From positions 35,726 through 99,725 of the forward strand of contig CAWHAI010000011.1 in NCBI GenBank assembly GCA_963827295.1: a stretch of DNA of 64,000 nucleotides, written 5' to 3'. A program made the translations under genes and the position numbers. How positions within the stretch are numbered: position 1 is the first letter of the stretch; the number at the start of each line of letters is the position of its first letter. Below the pieces are notes generated by a model, which was not told the origin of the DNA, ran no database searches, and saw only the letters and a program-made list of their open reading frames with translations. The DNA is from an uncultured Chloroflexia bacterium. GTDB taxonomy: Bacteria; Chloroflexota; Dehalococcoidia; SZUA-161. Shown piece by piece: positions 19,306 to 31,198 of this stretch.

Positions 19306-20421
19306 ATGAAAGAATTAGAAACCAATGATAAAACTCAGAAAATAGAGGCCAACCAGACCGAAGTCTTCCAAAAACCTTGGTTCTGTGTTGCCCTATCCTC
19401 TGGAGGCACGATTTTCAAGACGGATGCCGAGTCACCAGCGGACTTCATGGACATACTCAATGAATCGGTGATCGCCTGGGTTGACCGCTGGACCCCTGAC
19501 TTCGATAAAGATGCTCCCTTTGCCGCTGCCCAACTCGGCTTCAGCGAGCCGCTCATCTCCTCACTAACAGGCGACTCCCGCTTGACTTACCAGGACTTCG
19601 ATACTGAGATGGGTATAAGTCTTCCCTCCATCCAGGTTCACCAGTTTGAGGTAGAACCACACCCTCTACTCATGCTCATTCGTAAGAACTTTGTCTTCTC
19701 CATCCACCCACGCAGCGTAGACCGCAGGTTCACCCGCCTGCGGAGATACTCTGACATAATCTTGAAAAAGATACCTGTTGCTGCCAGCGCTGAAGACAAG
19801 CTGACCTTGCTTCTCATGCGCATCATAGATGAAACTAACCAAAGGAACTTCGAGCACCTGCGGCAAATTGAGGAACGAGGGGACGAGCTCAATAAGGACT
19901 TGATGAATCCCGAGACGCCGCGGACCGTATTGGGGCCAGAGATTTATGAGATGAAGCACGCCCTCATCACTTACTTGAATGCCCTATGGCAGACTGTGGA
20001 CGTGCTCCATGCCCTGCGATACGGGGATGCCGAACTTATGACCGACGACCAGAAGCTACTCTACAGGCTGAGCCTGCTGGCTGAGGACGTCCAAAGGCAG
20101 ATCGGGCTGGCCGAGCACCTGTCAGAGGTCCTAGCTTCAGGACTGGAGGTTCTGCAGAGCATCTACAACAACCAGCTTCAGGCCCTCAATAACAGGATGG
20201 CGCTGGTCATGACCTATTTGACCATCATAGGCACAGCAGTCCTCGTCCCCAACACCCTGGCCACAATACTTGGGCAACTCTGCTTTCGCAATGGAGCCCA
20301 AGGATGTGGGTTGGTATTGGGCTTTGCTCGTAGGCTCCACTATCGTATCTACAGCATTGGCCTACTGGTGGGTGAAGAGACAGGGCTGGCTTCCCAAGAA
20401 GGTAGTGTGACCAGAAGATAA
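19306..20421 (+). CDS. corA: CorA-family Mg2+/Co2+ transporter (C-terminal frameshift near 20280)
   Basis: Cytoplasmic domain plus two C-terminal TM helices (MTYLTIIGTAVLVPNTLATILG). The true C-terminus WYWALLVGSTIVSTALAYWWVKRQGWLPKKVV is in another frame. Confidence 0.7.
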   Translation: MKELETNDKTQKIEANQTEVFQKPWFCVALSSGGTIFKTDAESPADFMDILNESVIAWVDRWTPDFDKDAPFAAAQLGFSEPLISSLTGDSRLTYQDFDTEMGISLPSIQVHQFEVEPHPLLMLIRKNFVFSIHPRSVDRRFTRLRRYSDIILKKIPVAASAEDKLTLLLMRIIDETNQRNFEHLRQIEERGDELNKDLMNPETPRTVLGPEIYEMKHALITYLNALWQTVDVLHALRYGDAELMTDDQKLLYRLSLLAEDVQRQIGLAEHLSEVLASGLEVLQSIYNNQLQALNNRMALVMTYLTIIGTAVLVPNTLATILGQLCFRNGAQGCGLVLGFARRLHYRIYSIGLLVGEETGLASQEGSVTRR

Positions 20422-20472
20422 GTTCCTCAGAGAAGAGCTAAAGATAGCGTCATGCCCACGAGGAGGTAGGGG

Positions 20473-22310
20473 TTGGGTCAAACTCATCGCGATGACATAA
20501 GAAATATAGCCATAATCGCCCATGTTGACCACGGCAAGACCAGCCTGGTGGATGCCATGCTCAAGCAGAGCAAGATATTCCGCGATAACCAGCAGGTGGG
20601 CCAGTTCATCATGGACCAGAACGTGCTGGAGCGGGAAAAGGGCATCACCATCCTGGCTAAGAATACCGCCGTGATCTACAAGGATGTCAAAATCAATATC
20701 ATAGATACCCCAGGGCACGCCGATTTCAGCGGAGAGGTGGAGCGGGTGGTAAATATGGCCGATGGCTGCCTGCTCCTGGTGGACTCTGTGGAGGGGCCTA
20801 TGCCCCAGACCAAGTTCGTGCTGCGCCAGGCCCTGAAGAAAGGCTTAAAACCCATCGTGGTTATCAACAAGATAGACAGGAGTAGTTCCCGCATAGACGA
20901 GGTAGTCAGGGCAACTCAGGACCTTTTCCTGGAACTGGTAACCAACGCCGACCAGCTCGATTTCCCTGTGCTCTACGCCAGCGCCAAGGACGGCACAGCC
21001 GTAACCGAGCCAGGCGCTGAGGGCAAAGACCTGGTTCCCCTCTTCGAATGCATCCTGCAACAGGTGCCGCCGCCGACAATCGAGGAAGGGCCGTTTCAGA
21101 TGCTGGTGTGCAGTCTGGACTATGACAGCTACAAAGGCAAGATTGCCATCGGCAGGATTTCCCGGGGCAAGGTGGCACCGCACGACATCGTGGTCACCAT
21201 TGATAGAGATGGCAACACCATGCAGCACGAAGTCGGCCAGGTATTCACCTATCTGGGGCTCAACCGTCTGGAGGCGGAAGAGGCGCAGGCAGGCGACATC
21301 GTAGCCATCACCGGTCTGAAGAAGGTGAGCATCGGGGATACCATCGCCAGCCCGGAGCAACCTGAGGCTCTGCCGGGTATAGATATAGGCGAGCCCACGG
21401 TAAAGATGACCTTCGGGGTGAACACCTCGCCGTTCGCCGGGCGGGAGGGCCGCTTCTGCACCTCCCGCCAGCTGCGGGAGAGGCTCTACCATGAGCTGGA
21501 GACCAATATCGCCTTGCAGGTGCAGGATACAGACAGCGCCGATGTCTTCCTGGTAGCGGGCAGGGGCGAACTGCACCTGGCCATCCTGATTGAGACCATG
21601 CGCCGCGAGGGCTACGAATTCCAGGTCTCCAAGCCAGAGGCCATCACCAAGGTGGTGGACGGCAAGCTTCTGGAACCTGTGGAAGCCCTCACCATCGATA
21701 CCCGCGAGGAGTACATAGGGGCGTTATCGGAGATCCTGAGCAAGCGGCAAGCCCAGCTCACCAACATGCGCAACGATGGACAGGGCAATGTGCGCCTGGA
21801 GTTCCGCATCCCCACCCGAGGGCTCATCGGCTTCCCCAGCGCCTTTCTCACCGCCACCCGGGGTGAAGGCGTCATGAACACCCTATTCCTGGGCTATGAG
21901 CCCTGGTGCGGGGACATGCCTCAGACCGTAACGGGGCGCTGGTAGCAGCCGCAGACGGCGTAGCCGTTACCTACGGACTGAATAACGCCCAGGGGCGAGG
22001 CATCACCTTCATCGAACCCGGGACGCATGTTTATGAAGGCATGATAGTGGGGCTGAATTCCCGCGTCCAGGACATGGCTGTCAATGTCTGCAAGGAAAAG
22101 AAGCAGACCAACGTCCGTTCCTCCACTTCCGACATTGCCATAAAGCTGACCCCTCCCGTGAAGCTGAGCCTGGAGCAAGCCCTGGACTTCATCAAAGAGG
22201 ATGAGCTGGTTGAGGTAACTCCCAAGAGCATCAGACTGCGGAAGAAGCTACTCACCCAGGCTGGGCGACTGAAAGCCCGTCATCTGGCACAAGTAGCAGA
22301 AGAAAATTAG
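20473..22310 (+). CDS. typA: Translational GTPase TypA/BipA (frameshifted near 21920)
   Basis: [23 protein letters not shown]. The C-terminal part (ORF 21906-22310) is collinear with BipA. Confidence 0.85.
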
Positions 22311-22476
22311 GGTAGCCCAGAGCACCTGCTCTAACCCCCCAATAAAGGAATCCGTCCTCACTAAATGTGATAATTTTTTAACCTTTTCTCCGTTCATTTT
22401 ATGACTTCTTCATCCATAACGCTTATCATATACATCAACTTAGTATAATATATCTCTATAGTATACGGGAATTCCC

Positions 22477-24216
22477 GTGCCCAATCCCAAGTCTATGCCC
22501 ATGTCGATAGTGCATCCTCTAAATGTAGCCTATTTCTCCATGGAGGTAGGCCTAGACTCTACCATACCAACCTACTCCGGCGGCCTGGGGATGCTGGCCG
22601 GCGATACCCTCCGCGCCGCCGCCGATTTGGGCATCCGTATGGTGGGAGTAACGCTGCTGTATCGAAAAGGCTATTTCCGACAGCACCTCGATGCCCGGGG
22701 AAACCAGACCGAAAGCCCAGCTTCTTGGGCTCCGGAGAAATCCTTAGAACCGTTGCAACCACGCGCCTCAGTGACTATCGAAGGACGCAAGGTGAATGTC
22801 CGCGCCTGGAGCTATATTATACGCGGTGTGTCCGGGCACGATGTGCCTGTGTTCTTACTGGATACGGCGCTCCCTGAGAACAGCCCCTGGGACCAGACAC
22901 TCACCGACAACCTCTACGGCGGAGACGACCACTACCGCCTGTGCCAGGAGGTCGTGCTGGGCTTGGGCGGGGCAGCGATGCTGCTTGCCCTGGGGTACAA
23001 AAAGGTGCAAACCTACCACATGAACGAGGGCCATTCCGCGCTGCTCACCCTGGCGCTTCTTGAGGAACACCACGAAAGGAAGGGTCTCCACAATGTTACC
23101 AAAGCAGACATAGATGCGGTACATCACCGGTGCGTCTTTACCACCCACACACCAGTCCCAGCCGGCATGGATAAATTCCCAGTGAACATGGTCAGGCAGG
23201 TGCTGGGAGATGAGCCGACCAACGCCCTGCAAGCAGTGGGAGCTTTCCAGGACGGCGTATTGAACATGACACATCTAGCCTTGATATTCTCACGCTATAT
23301 AAATGGGGTGTCTATGCGACATGAGGAAATATCCCGCAGCATGTTTCCCAACTATCCTATAAACTCCATCACCAACGGCGTGCACGCTGCCACCTGGACC
23401 TCGCTGCCATTTCAGCGACTCTATGACCACCACTTTCCTGAGTGGCGTCACGACAGTCTCTATCTGCGCTATGTTATAAGCTGTTCGCTCGACCTGATCC
23501 GGGAGGCGCATACCCAGGCCAAGCAGGAGCTGCTTGCAGAGGTGGAACAACGTACCGGCATACGCCTTGACCCTAAGGCGATGACCATCGGTTTCGCCCG
23601 CCGCGCCACCGCGTACAAGCGGGCAGACCTGCTATTCTCCGACCTGGAACGCCTGAAGAGGATAGCGCGCCAGGTCGGCCCCCTTCAGGTCATTTATGGA
23701 GGCAAGGCCCATCCCCGGGATGAAGGCGGCAAAGCGCTCATCAGGCGCATCTTCGAGGCTGCTACAGCCCTGCGCGACACCGTGCGTGTGGTCTACCTTG
23801 AGGAATACGACATGGCGCTGGCCAAGTATCTTTGCTCCGGTGTGGACTTGTGGCTGAACACTCCGCAGAAGCCCGACGAGGCATCGGGCACCAGCGGCAT
23901 GAAGGCGGCGCTCAACGGAGTGCCCAGCCTGAGCATACTTGACGGCTGGTGGGTTGAAGGGACATGTAGAAGGCGTGACCGGCTGGTCTATCGGCGAATC
24001 CGACGAACCGGAGAGCGACCCCTCCAAGGATATAGCTTCACTTTACGAGAAGCTGGAGAAAGTCATCGTGCCTATGTTCTATAAGCAACCGGAAGCATAT
24101 ACCAGCATCATGCGCACCGACTATCGCCCTCAATGGCTCGTTCTACAACGCGCAACGCATGATGTTCCAGTACATGAAAAACGCCTACCAGTCCACCAGA
24201 GCGTAGGCGCGACTCA
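22477..24216 (+). CDS. glgP: Alpha-glucan (glycogen/maltodextrin) phosphorylase, GT35 short form; two frameshifts near the 3' end
   Basis: N-terminal VAYFSMEVGLDSTIPTYSGGLGMLAGD... is typical of alpha-glucan phosphorylases. The C-terminus ...NGSFYNAQRMMFQYMKNAYQSTRA reads in an alternate frame. Confidence 0.75.
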
Positions 24217-24312
24217 TGGGTCTCCCCTACCGATAGCTGATGGCTGAAAGCCCTTTATTCAACTTGCATATCCACGCTTTATGAAGTTAAATAGAGATTA
24301 GAGGTTTTCATT

Positions 24313-25398
24313 ATGAATCAACCGACCAGGACAGGCGTGGCTAATCTTCCTCTCCATTACGGCAAAGCACCTCGCTGGCTATTCGAGCGCATGACTAAGC
24401 TCGCTCGTGAGATATCCATTGCCGTTGTAGAGGAGTTCGGGCCTGACGAGATGTTGCGCCGTTTGTCCGACCCTTTCTGGTTCCAGGCGCTCGGCTGTGT
24501 TCTGGGCTGGGACTGGCATTCCAGCGGCGTTACCACCACGGTCTGCGGCGCCCTCAAAGAAGGGACAAAAGGCCTAGAGAACGACTTGGGCTTTTATATC
24601 GCCGGCGGCAAGGGCAAAACGTCGAGGCAGACGCCGGCGCAGATCGCCCAGCACTGCGAGCTACTCTCTCAAAACCCCGAGCCTCTGGTCTACGCCAGCA
24701 GGATGACAGCAAAGGTGGACTCGGTTGCGCTGCAAGATGGCTATCAGCTTTACCATCATACATTCCTGTTCACCGCCAAAGGCGACTGGGCAGTGATCCA
24801 GCAGGGGATGAACGAGAATAATCGCTATGCCCGCAGGTATCACTGGCTCAGCGAGGGTGTGAAGGACTACGTCTGCGAGCCACACGCAGCTATCTGCTCG
24901 CAGGGGTTCGGCACTGCGTTGAACATAGTGGCCGCCGAAAGCGAGGGGGCGCGCAACGTAGTGACACAGGTCGCCGCCGAGGAGAAGCCTGAGAAGCTAG
25001 TGAATGAGTTAAAGAGGCTGAAGTCGCTGACGCTTCCCTCCCATCACTACCTCAGTGTGGCAGACCTGCACCCCGACCGTCTAGAGAAGATATTCCTGCA
25101 TACCTACGAACGCAAGCCTGAGGGCTTCGAAAATCTTTTGGGCATGGAAGGGGTAGGCCCTGCAACTATCCGTGCGCTTAGCTTGATATCGGAGTTGGTC
25201 TATGGGGTTCCTCCCAGCTTCCGCGACCCCGCCCGTTACAGCTTCGCTCACGGAGGCAAGGACGGTTATCCCTACCCAGTAGACCGTAAGACCTATGATA
25301 AGAGCATCGAAGTCCTGGCTCGCGCCGTGCGCAAAGCCAAGCTGGGCTATAGAGAGGAGATGGAGGCCCTGAAGCGCCTCCACAGAGTTTTTCCCTGA
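24313..25398 (+). CDS. Conserved hypothetical protein (possibly DUF763-like)
   Basis: 361 aa. Overlaps the downstream HAD gene by 1 nt, so an operon. Family assignment is from memory only. Confidence 0.5.
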   Translation: MNQPTRTGVANLPLHYGKAPRWLFERMTKLAREISIAVVEEFGPDEMLRRLSDPFWFQALGCVLGWDWHSSGVTTTVCGALKEGTKGLENDLGFYIAGGKGKTSRQTPAQIAQHCELLSQNPEPLVYASRMTAKVDSVALQDGYQLYHHTFLFTAKGDWAVIQQGMNENNRYARRYHWLSEGVKDYVCEPHAAICSQGFGTALNIVAAESEGARNVVTQVAAEEKPEKLVNELKRLKSLTLPSHHYLSVADLHPDRLEKIFLHTYERKPEGFENLLGMEGVGPATIRALSLISELVYGVPPSFRDPARYSFAHGGKDGYPYPVDRKTYDKSIEVLARAVRKAKLGYREEMEALKRLHRVFP

Positions 25399-26081
25399 TG
25401 AAAAAAGTGCTTTTCATTGATTACGACGGCACGCTTCACGATTCCGATGCCAAATATGCAGCCAAACTCGATGGCATACTTGGCTTAGAGGGTATGCAGA
25501 TTTGGAAGGCATATCTCCATGTGCACAGGGGCATAGTGCATGTGCGCTACCCTGAAAAGCACGATGACTTCTTTTTTCACCAGAGGCTTCTCTTCGACTA
25601 TCTGAAGAAGCCATACGACGATAGGGTAGCCCACACGCTGGCGGGCAGGTTCAGACAGGCCCAGCAGGAGACCTGGAGGAACCCATCATTCTACCCCGAC
25701 ACCCTCCCCTTCCTGAATAAGGTCAGAGAGAACCATATTCTCTGCCTGACCACAGGGGACTATGCGCCCGAGAAGGCTAAAGCTTTAGAGAAGACGGGAG
25801 GCGTTAGCTATTTCAGCTATGCCTTCGACAAAGACCACCTCGGCCTGAAGGGACACAGCAGCAGCTATTATAGTAACGCTGTTATGTCAACTAAATCCCA
25901 CCCCGAGGACGTGCTGGTCATCGGCGACAGCCTGGAACACGATATCGCAGCTGCCAAAGGCGCCGGATTGGCTACAGTTTGGGTTAACCGCAGAGGCATC
26001 TCTCTAACGGAGAACTCACCACGCCCCGATTTCCAGGCGAATGATTTGTGGGAGGTGCTGAGCTATATTGAAGGACTCTAA
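25398..26081 (+). CDS. HAD-superfamily hydrolase
   Basis: Motif I FIDYDGTL (DxDGT); motif IV VIGDSLEHDI. Confidence 0.75.
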   Translation: MKKVLFIDYDGTLHDSDAKYAAKLDGILGLEGMQIWKAYLHVHRGIVHVRYPEKHDDFFFHQRLLFDYLKKPYDDRVAHTLAGRFRQAQQETWRNPSFYPDTLPFLNKVRENHILCLTTGDYAPEKAKALEKTGGVSYFSYAFDKDHLGLKGHSSSYYSNAVMSTKSHPEDVLVIGDSLEHDIAAAKGAGLATVWVNRRGISLTENSPRPDFQANDLWEVLSYIEGL

Positions 26082-26093
26082 AAGGAGGCCACT

Positions 26094-26642
26094 ATGGAAA
26101 TCAATCCTTCGGGCTTCTACGAGATTCTCTCCCCAAGATGCGCCGTGCTTATCTCCACAGTAGACAAAGAGGGCAGGGCCAATGCTGCACCGTTCAGCTT
26201 TGTGACTCCGGTATCATCAAACCCGGCGCTGGTCCTTTACGCCTCAGCGCCTCAGAGACACACTCTGGCGAATACCAGAGAGACAGGTGACTTCGTGCTC
26301 AACATCGTGCCCGAAGGGCTTCTGGACAAGCTCTGGGTCTGCTCCAAGGCATTCCCCAAGGGCGTGAGCGAGATCGAGAAGGCAGGCCTAACCGAAAGGA
26401 AGTCGAAGAAAGTCAAAGCGCCCTCGATTGAAGAATGCATAGGCTGGATAGAGTGCCAGCTCGAGTTTGAGAAGGAGGCCGGAGACCACATCCTGGTTAT
26501 TGGTAGGGTGGTGCACGCCGAGTGCAAGGACGAGTTCATGAAAGAAAGAGAGTTCGATGTCTCCAAGGCAAAGCCCGTGATGCACATCAGAGGCAGAAGG
26601 TTCGCCGTTGCGGAGAGGGTCACGCAGGCGAAGGGGGAGTAA
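26094..26642 (+). CDS. Flavin reductase-like FMN-binding domain protein
   Basis: 182 aa; split-barrel flavin reductase pattern (CAVLISTVDKEGRANAAPFSFVTPVS...). Confidence 0.65.
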   Translation: MEINPSGFYEILSPRCAVLISTVDKEGRANAAPFSFVTPVSSNPALVLYASAPQRHTLANTRETGDFVLNIVPEGLLDKLWVCSKAFPKGVSEIEKAGLTERKSKKVKAPSIEECIGWIECQLEFEKEAGDHILVIGRVVHAECKDEFMKEREFDVSKAKPVMHIRGRRFAVAERVTQAKGE

Positions 26643-26793
26643 AGAGGTCTATCAATTTTGTCCAAGGTGTAGCGCGGGTGAAATGAAAGGTAACCCACCA
26701 TCACGAACCGAAATCGAAATGGTGGGTTTCGTCGGCCTAGGCGGACTCCACCCACCCTACAAAATCTTAAGTTATTACAGGTTAGCAACTATG

Positions 26794-27663
26794 CTAAGGT
26801 TTGACACCACTGACTTTTATGCTCAGGACAGAGCTTGCCGTATCTCTCATCTGGTCAAGCGATATCCCAGCGCTTTTGGCGATAGCCACTGTGGTCGGGT
26901 CATTGGCTATGAAATCGATGGGAAAGGCAGTCTCCTGCAGTATCTTGACCTCGCGGAAGCCCGCGGCTTTCACAGCCTTCAGGTAATCTTCTTTTAGCAT
27001 CGCTCCGGAGACGCAGCCCACATAGGCTGTAACAGAGTCCTTTATGGCATCAGGCAGCTCTTTTAGCAAGACTATGTCCGAGATCATCAGCCTGCCGCCC
27101 GGTTTGAGCGCTCTGAACCCTTCCTGGAACACCCTCGTTTTGTCAGTAGATAGGTTGATGACGCAGTTCGAGATAATCACATCGACGGAGCTATCGGCCA
27201 CGGGAAGGTTCTCAATCTCGCCCAGCCGGAACTCTACATTCTTATAATCGCCCTTGCGGGCGTTCTCCCTCGCCTTCTCCAGCATCTCCGGCGTCATGTC
27301 CACGCCAATGACCTTTCCTTTCTTGCCCACCCTGTCAGCAGCCAAAAAACAATCGAATCCCGCGCCCGAGCCAAGGTCAAGTACGGTCTCGCCCTTTTTC
27401 AAAGAGGCCAGAGCCACGGGGTTGCCGCAGCCGAGTCCCAGATTGGCGCCATCGGGCACTGAGCCAAGTTCTTCTTCCGAGTAGCCTATCGCCCTGCTTA
27501 TAGCCTGGGCTGAAGCAGAGCCGCTGCAGCAGGGGCTGGCTGAAGCATTACAACATGTACCGGATTGTACATCGTTGCTGACAAGGGCACCATACGGACT
27601 GGATTGTTTGGCGACCCTGGCATATCTCTCTCGAACTACTTTCTTTATCTCTTCCTTCTTCAT
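26794..27663 (-). CDS. arsM: Arsenite S-adenosylmethionine methyltransferase (ArsM)-like methyltransferase
   Basis: SAM motif [16 protein letters not shown]. Conserved Cys cluster in the N-terminus ([14 protein letters not shown]) and CVINL...C, typical of ArsM. Confidence 0.7.
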   Translation of the reverse strand: MKKEEIKKVVRERYARVAKQSSPYGALVSNDVQSGTCCNASASPCCSGSASAQAISRAIGYSEEELGSVPDGANLGLGCGNPVALASLKKGETVLDLGSGAGFDCFLAADRVGKKGKVIGVDMTPEMLEKARENARKGDYKNVEFRLGEIENLPVADSSVDVIISNCVINLSTDKTRVFQEGFRALKPGGRLMISDIVLLKELPDAIKDSVTAYVGCVSGAMLKEDYLKAVKAAGFREVKILQETAFPIDFIANDPTTVAIAKSAGISLDQMRDTASSVLSIKVSGVKP

Positions 27664-27676
27664 TTGAATACCTCCG

Positions 27677-27973
27677 TTAATCCTTAATTATTTCTTTCAT
27701 CATGGGACCGAGCATGTCTTTCACCATCTCAGTGATACCCTCAACCTTGACCAAAGAGATACAGCAGACCTCGCCATCTCTTTCCCAAGCCACCACAGCT
27801 AACTTATCGCCGGCGCGAATCTTTGCCTTATCTCTTATCTCCTTAGGCAGCACCATCTGACCGCGCTCATCCACACTTATCAGAGATTCAACCTTACAGC
27901 AGCCCACCCCGCTCTCCATCGGTGCGCAACAGTATTCATTCTTGCCTTTTTTGACCATCTCCATCCCCTCCAT
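27677..27973 (-). CDS. AbrB/SpoVT-domain DNA-binding protein with three vicinal Cys-Cys pairs (candidate As(III)-responsive regulator)
   Basis: SpoVT/AbrB swapped-hairpin motif [31 protein letters not shown]. Cys-Cys pairs at EYCCAP, GCCKV and EVCCISL. It ends 14 bp upstream of arsM on the same strand. Confidence 0.6.
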   Translation of the reverse strand: MEGMEMVKKGKNEYCCAPMESGVGCCKVESLISVDERGQMVLPKEIRDKAKIRAGDKLAVVAWERDGEVCCISLVKVEGITEMVKDMLGPMMKEIIKD

Positions 27974-28152
27974 CTTGAATATAGGTTTTCAGACTGTTTG
28001 ATTATTCAGAAAAATCAGACTACACTGAAATTATATATGATAAAATGAAGTTTGTCAAGGCTCTTCCCAATATGGGATAGCGGTTGAAGCTGGAATGAGG
28101 AGCTTACAGCACCGTGAACGATAATGTTCGCAGTTGGCAGAGGCGAACGAAT

Positions 28153-28545
28153 TTACTTTTCCAGCATCTCTTTCATCGGAGTCCAATAGTAATCACGCCA
28201 GCCTTGGCTTATGGGCTCGTACTGCTCCTCTGGCACGTCTGTTTGAGTGAAAGTAAGACGAGTGCCGCTCCCAATTTGTTTCAGAGCGAATGTAGCAGTC
28301 GAGTAATGGCCCTCAGGCCAATCGCTGCCGCGCCATGACTGAACAATCTTTTGGTCTGGCACTAACTCCAGATTGATTCCTTCAATGTACCCATCATAGG
28401 CAGTAAACCTGCCACCGATTTTGCGGCTGATGCTGGCTTTGGAGCCTGTGAACTTGGAATGCTTGCGTGAATCCATCAGCGCCTCATAGACTTCATGAGG
28501 ACCAGCCTTAAAGGTTGCAGACTGCCGTATAGTTTTAGTATTCAT
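28153..28545 (-). CDS. SRPBCC/AHSA1-domain protein (Activator-of-Hsp90-ATPase homolog fold)
   Basis: 130 aa; motif pattern of the polyketide-cyclase/AHSA1 family. Confidence 0.6.
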   Translation of the reverse strand: MNTKTIRQSATFKAGPHEVYEALMDSRKHSKFTGSKASISRKIGGRFTAYDGYIEGINLELVPDQKIVQSWRGSDWPEGHYSTATFALKQIGSGTRLTFTQTDVPEEQYEPISQGWRDYYWTPMKEMLEK

Positions 28546-28602
28546 TCCTCACCTCCTATTCGGTGGGCCACGAAAATCTCTCGCCATCGGCACCCGTTGT
28601 GA

Positions 28603-29968
28603 TCAAGCCGGTTCGAGGTTTTCAAAAGTTCTCACTATCAATTCAGGAAGAGCTGGATGTATGTGCATGCCCTGACTGATATTGCGTATCCGCCCTCCAC
28701 TAGCCATAGCGTTGATAACCTCCTGGATAAGCTCGGGGGCATAGGGCCCTATAATGTGAAAGCCCAGTATCCTATTGCTATGCGCGTCAACTATCGCTTT
28801 GGCGAAACCTACTTCTTCCATCATGGCCTCGCCTTTTGCAGTATCCAAATACTTAGCCCTCCCCACCAGTATGTGGTAATCCTTCCTGGCATTCTCCTCG
28901 GTCAGTCCTACAGAGGCAATCTGAGGATGAGCGTAAACTGCGTGAGGCGCGGCACTATAGTCCATCGGTATTTTCTTCTTATGAGTTGAGTTATGCCAAG
29001 CCACCGCCGCCTCTCTGTTTGCCACATGTGTGAACATTTGCTGTCCGTCGGCATCGCCCACAGCGAATATGTCTTTCTTAGTTGTCTCAAGATAATCATC
29101 GACTTTTATGAAACCTCTTTTTTCCAACTCAACCCCTGTGTTCTCCACCTTAAGCAAGTCAGCGTTGGACCTTCGGCCTACTGCAATCATGATTCTCTCG
29201 GCGGAAAATTCTCTTCCTTCGCCGGTGACCTTATTTTTTGTGGCAACAGTAACACCAACCTTACCCTTCTTATCTCTTCCACCTGCGTATTGGTATAAAT
29301 ATCCATACGCTTCTTCATCTCTTTTTCCAGCAATTCAGATATCTCAGGCTCCTCCGACTGAGCAATCCTGCTGAGCATCTCCACAATCGTGACTTTAGTG
29401 CCCATCGCTGCAAAGAAATGAGCAAATTCAACTGCGACATATCCGCCTCCAATTATCAGGAGGCTATCCGGACGCTGCGTAAGTTCCAATGCATTCTCGT
29501 TTGTCAAATAGTCTACGCTATCCAAACCCTTAATCGGAGGGATCACAGGCCGTGACCGGAAGCGATGAAAATCTTTTTGCCCTTTATCTTCTCTCCATCG
29601 ATTTCCAGAGTATAGTCTTCCACAAAATGCGCTTCGCGCTCATAGAAGTCCAGCTTTTCGGATTCAGTCATCCCTTTCCTTATGTAGGTCTGGCTCTCCA
29701 TTCTGCTTTTCCTCATCCTCTCCATGATCGAAGCGAAATCTACGCTCTTTATCTCCGCAACTATGCCTAGCTTTTGGGCCTCTTGTATTTCAGCTACCCT
29801 ATCCGCTGCGTAAATCAACATTTTCGAGGGCACACAGCCCAAATTCAGACAAGTTCCCCCCAAAGGCCCTCTATCTACCAAGGCAACTTTAAGTCCTTTC
29901 GCTAATGCCTCATCTACAATAAGCGACCCAGCCCCAGATCCAATCACAATAACATCGTATTGCTTCAT
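28603..29968 (-). CDS. FAD-dependent pyridine nucleotide-disulfide oxidoreductase, class I (dihydrolipoyl dehydrogenase-like); two frameshifts
   Basis: Three collinear ORFs. N-terminal FAD site DVIVIGSGAGS, redox disulfide GGTCLNLGCVPSK, NAD site IIGGGYVAVEF, and a C-terminal dimerisation domain ending HIHPALPELI (LpdA-like HxxxxE). Confidence 0.75.
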
Positions 29969-30175
29969 TTCGAGCCCTCCCTACTTACTATAGTGCCAAC
30001 CCCATCTCAGGATATGATAAGGAGCAGATGATGTATAAGTCATAAAATGGAGAGGGAAAAAGTTAAAAAGTTATCACATTTTTAAGAGGGAGCTGGAGTT
30101 TACCCAGCGGCAATCTGGAACGAGGGCTAGGATTATTATGTAAATCAACCGAGCGCCAAAGTTGTAAGTGAAGCC

Positions 30176-31066
30176 CTACCTAATGGTTATGTCGCCATTT
30201 GAAGTGCGGATGTAGAGGTCTGCTTCACCCTCACCGATTCTGCCCACGAGACGCTCTTTCCTCGTCACCGTAGCCAGTATAGGTAGCTCACTTGTGACTT
30301 CCCCATTGCTGGTTTCTGCGTCCAAAACAACGCTGGGTTTGCCCTGGAGTTCCACCACTACACCCCCGTTGCTGGTAACCAGCCGATTGCTTCCCCCCGC
30401 AGTCATATTCCCACTGTAAAAGACACTACCATTGCTACTCTCAATGTCGAACTCGCCCTGAACACCACGCACATCTATCCCACCGTTGCTAGTCTTTAGA
30501 ACCACGGATCCCTCCACAGAATTAACCTCAATTCGGCCGTTACTGGTCCTTCCATCGAAATTGCCCCTAATATTGTTTAGGACAATCCTCCCGTTAGAGG
30601 AACTAAGAGAACCTGACCCTTCTAAGCCATGCAGCTCAATGAAACCGTTGCTTGTGTCAAGCTCCACATCGGTTTCGGGCGGCACCGTAATGATAACATC
30701 AACTCCAGCGCTGCCGAAGACCCACCATCGTTTAGTGGTTTGAACATCAACAGTCACCGTATTACCCACCTGACTCAGCTCATATTTAACTCTGGGAGCG
30801 TCCCTCAACGTAGCCTGGACGAGCACTTCATTACCAAGGCCAGCATTGACTTCAATATTCCCATTAACGCTGTTTACTAAAACCCTAGAGGAACCAGCAA
30901 CACTGAAGCTATTCTCGCGAGTTTCGGTGGGACCTGTGCTGCACCCTGTTGTCGCCAAAAGTAAGATGATGACAGCCGCAGTAGCACCAACCAGGGAACC
31001 CCAGATAAAACGAGGGCGACGAAAATTTTTGAAGGCTGCAAATTCCTCGAACAACTTTGGTCGCAT
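30176..31066 (-). CDS. Lipoprotein with DUF4097 ('putative adhesin', beta-helix) repeats
   Basis: Signal peptide plus lipobox LLATTGC. Repeated (T)SNG(x)I(x)V motifs. Confidence 0.65.
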   Translation of the reverse strand: MRPKLFEEFAAFKNFRRPRFIWGSLVGATAAVIILLLATTGCSTGPTETRENSFSVAGSSRVLVNSVNGNIEVNAGLGNEVLVQATLRDAPRVKYELSQVGNTVTVDVQTTKRWWVFGSAGVDVIITVPPETDVELDTSNGFIELHGLEGSGSLSSSNGRIVLNNIRGNFDGRTSNGRIEVNSVEGSVVLKTSNGGIDVRGVQGEFDIESSNGSVFYSGNMTAGGSNRLVTSNGGVVVELQGKPSVVLDAETSNGEVTSELPILATVTRKERLVGRIGEGEADLYIRTSNGDITIR

Positions 31067-31198
31067 GTTTCACTCCTTTCATCCTCAGACCAAACCCTAC
31101 GAAGAAACTGCCGAGATTCCCAAAAGTATCGATAGTCCGAGAGCAAGTGTTTGCCAGCCCATAATCAGGTAATCGCCACTGTAGTCATTAAGGCAAGG

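Noticed and set aside
28603-29968. Considered mercuric reductase (MerA), given the neighbouring arsM metal-resistance context.
   Set aside because: There is no C-terminal Cys-Cys pair or NmerA domain. The C-terminus HIHPALPELI matches the dihydrolipoyl dehydrogenase HxxxxE pattern.
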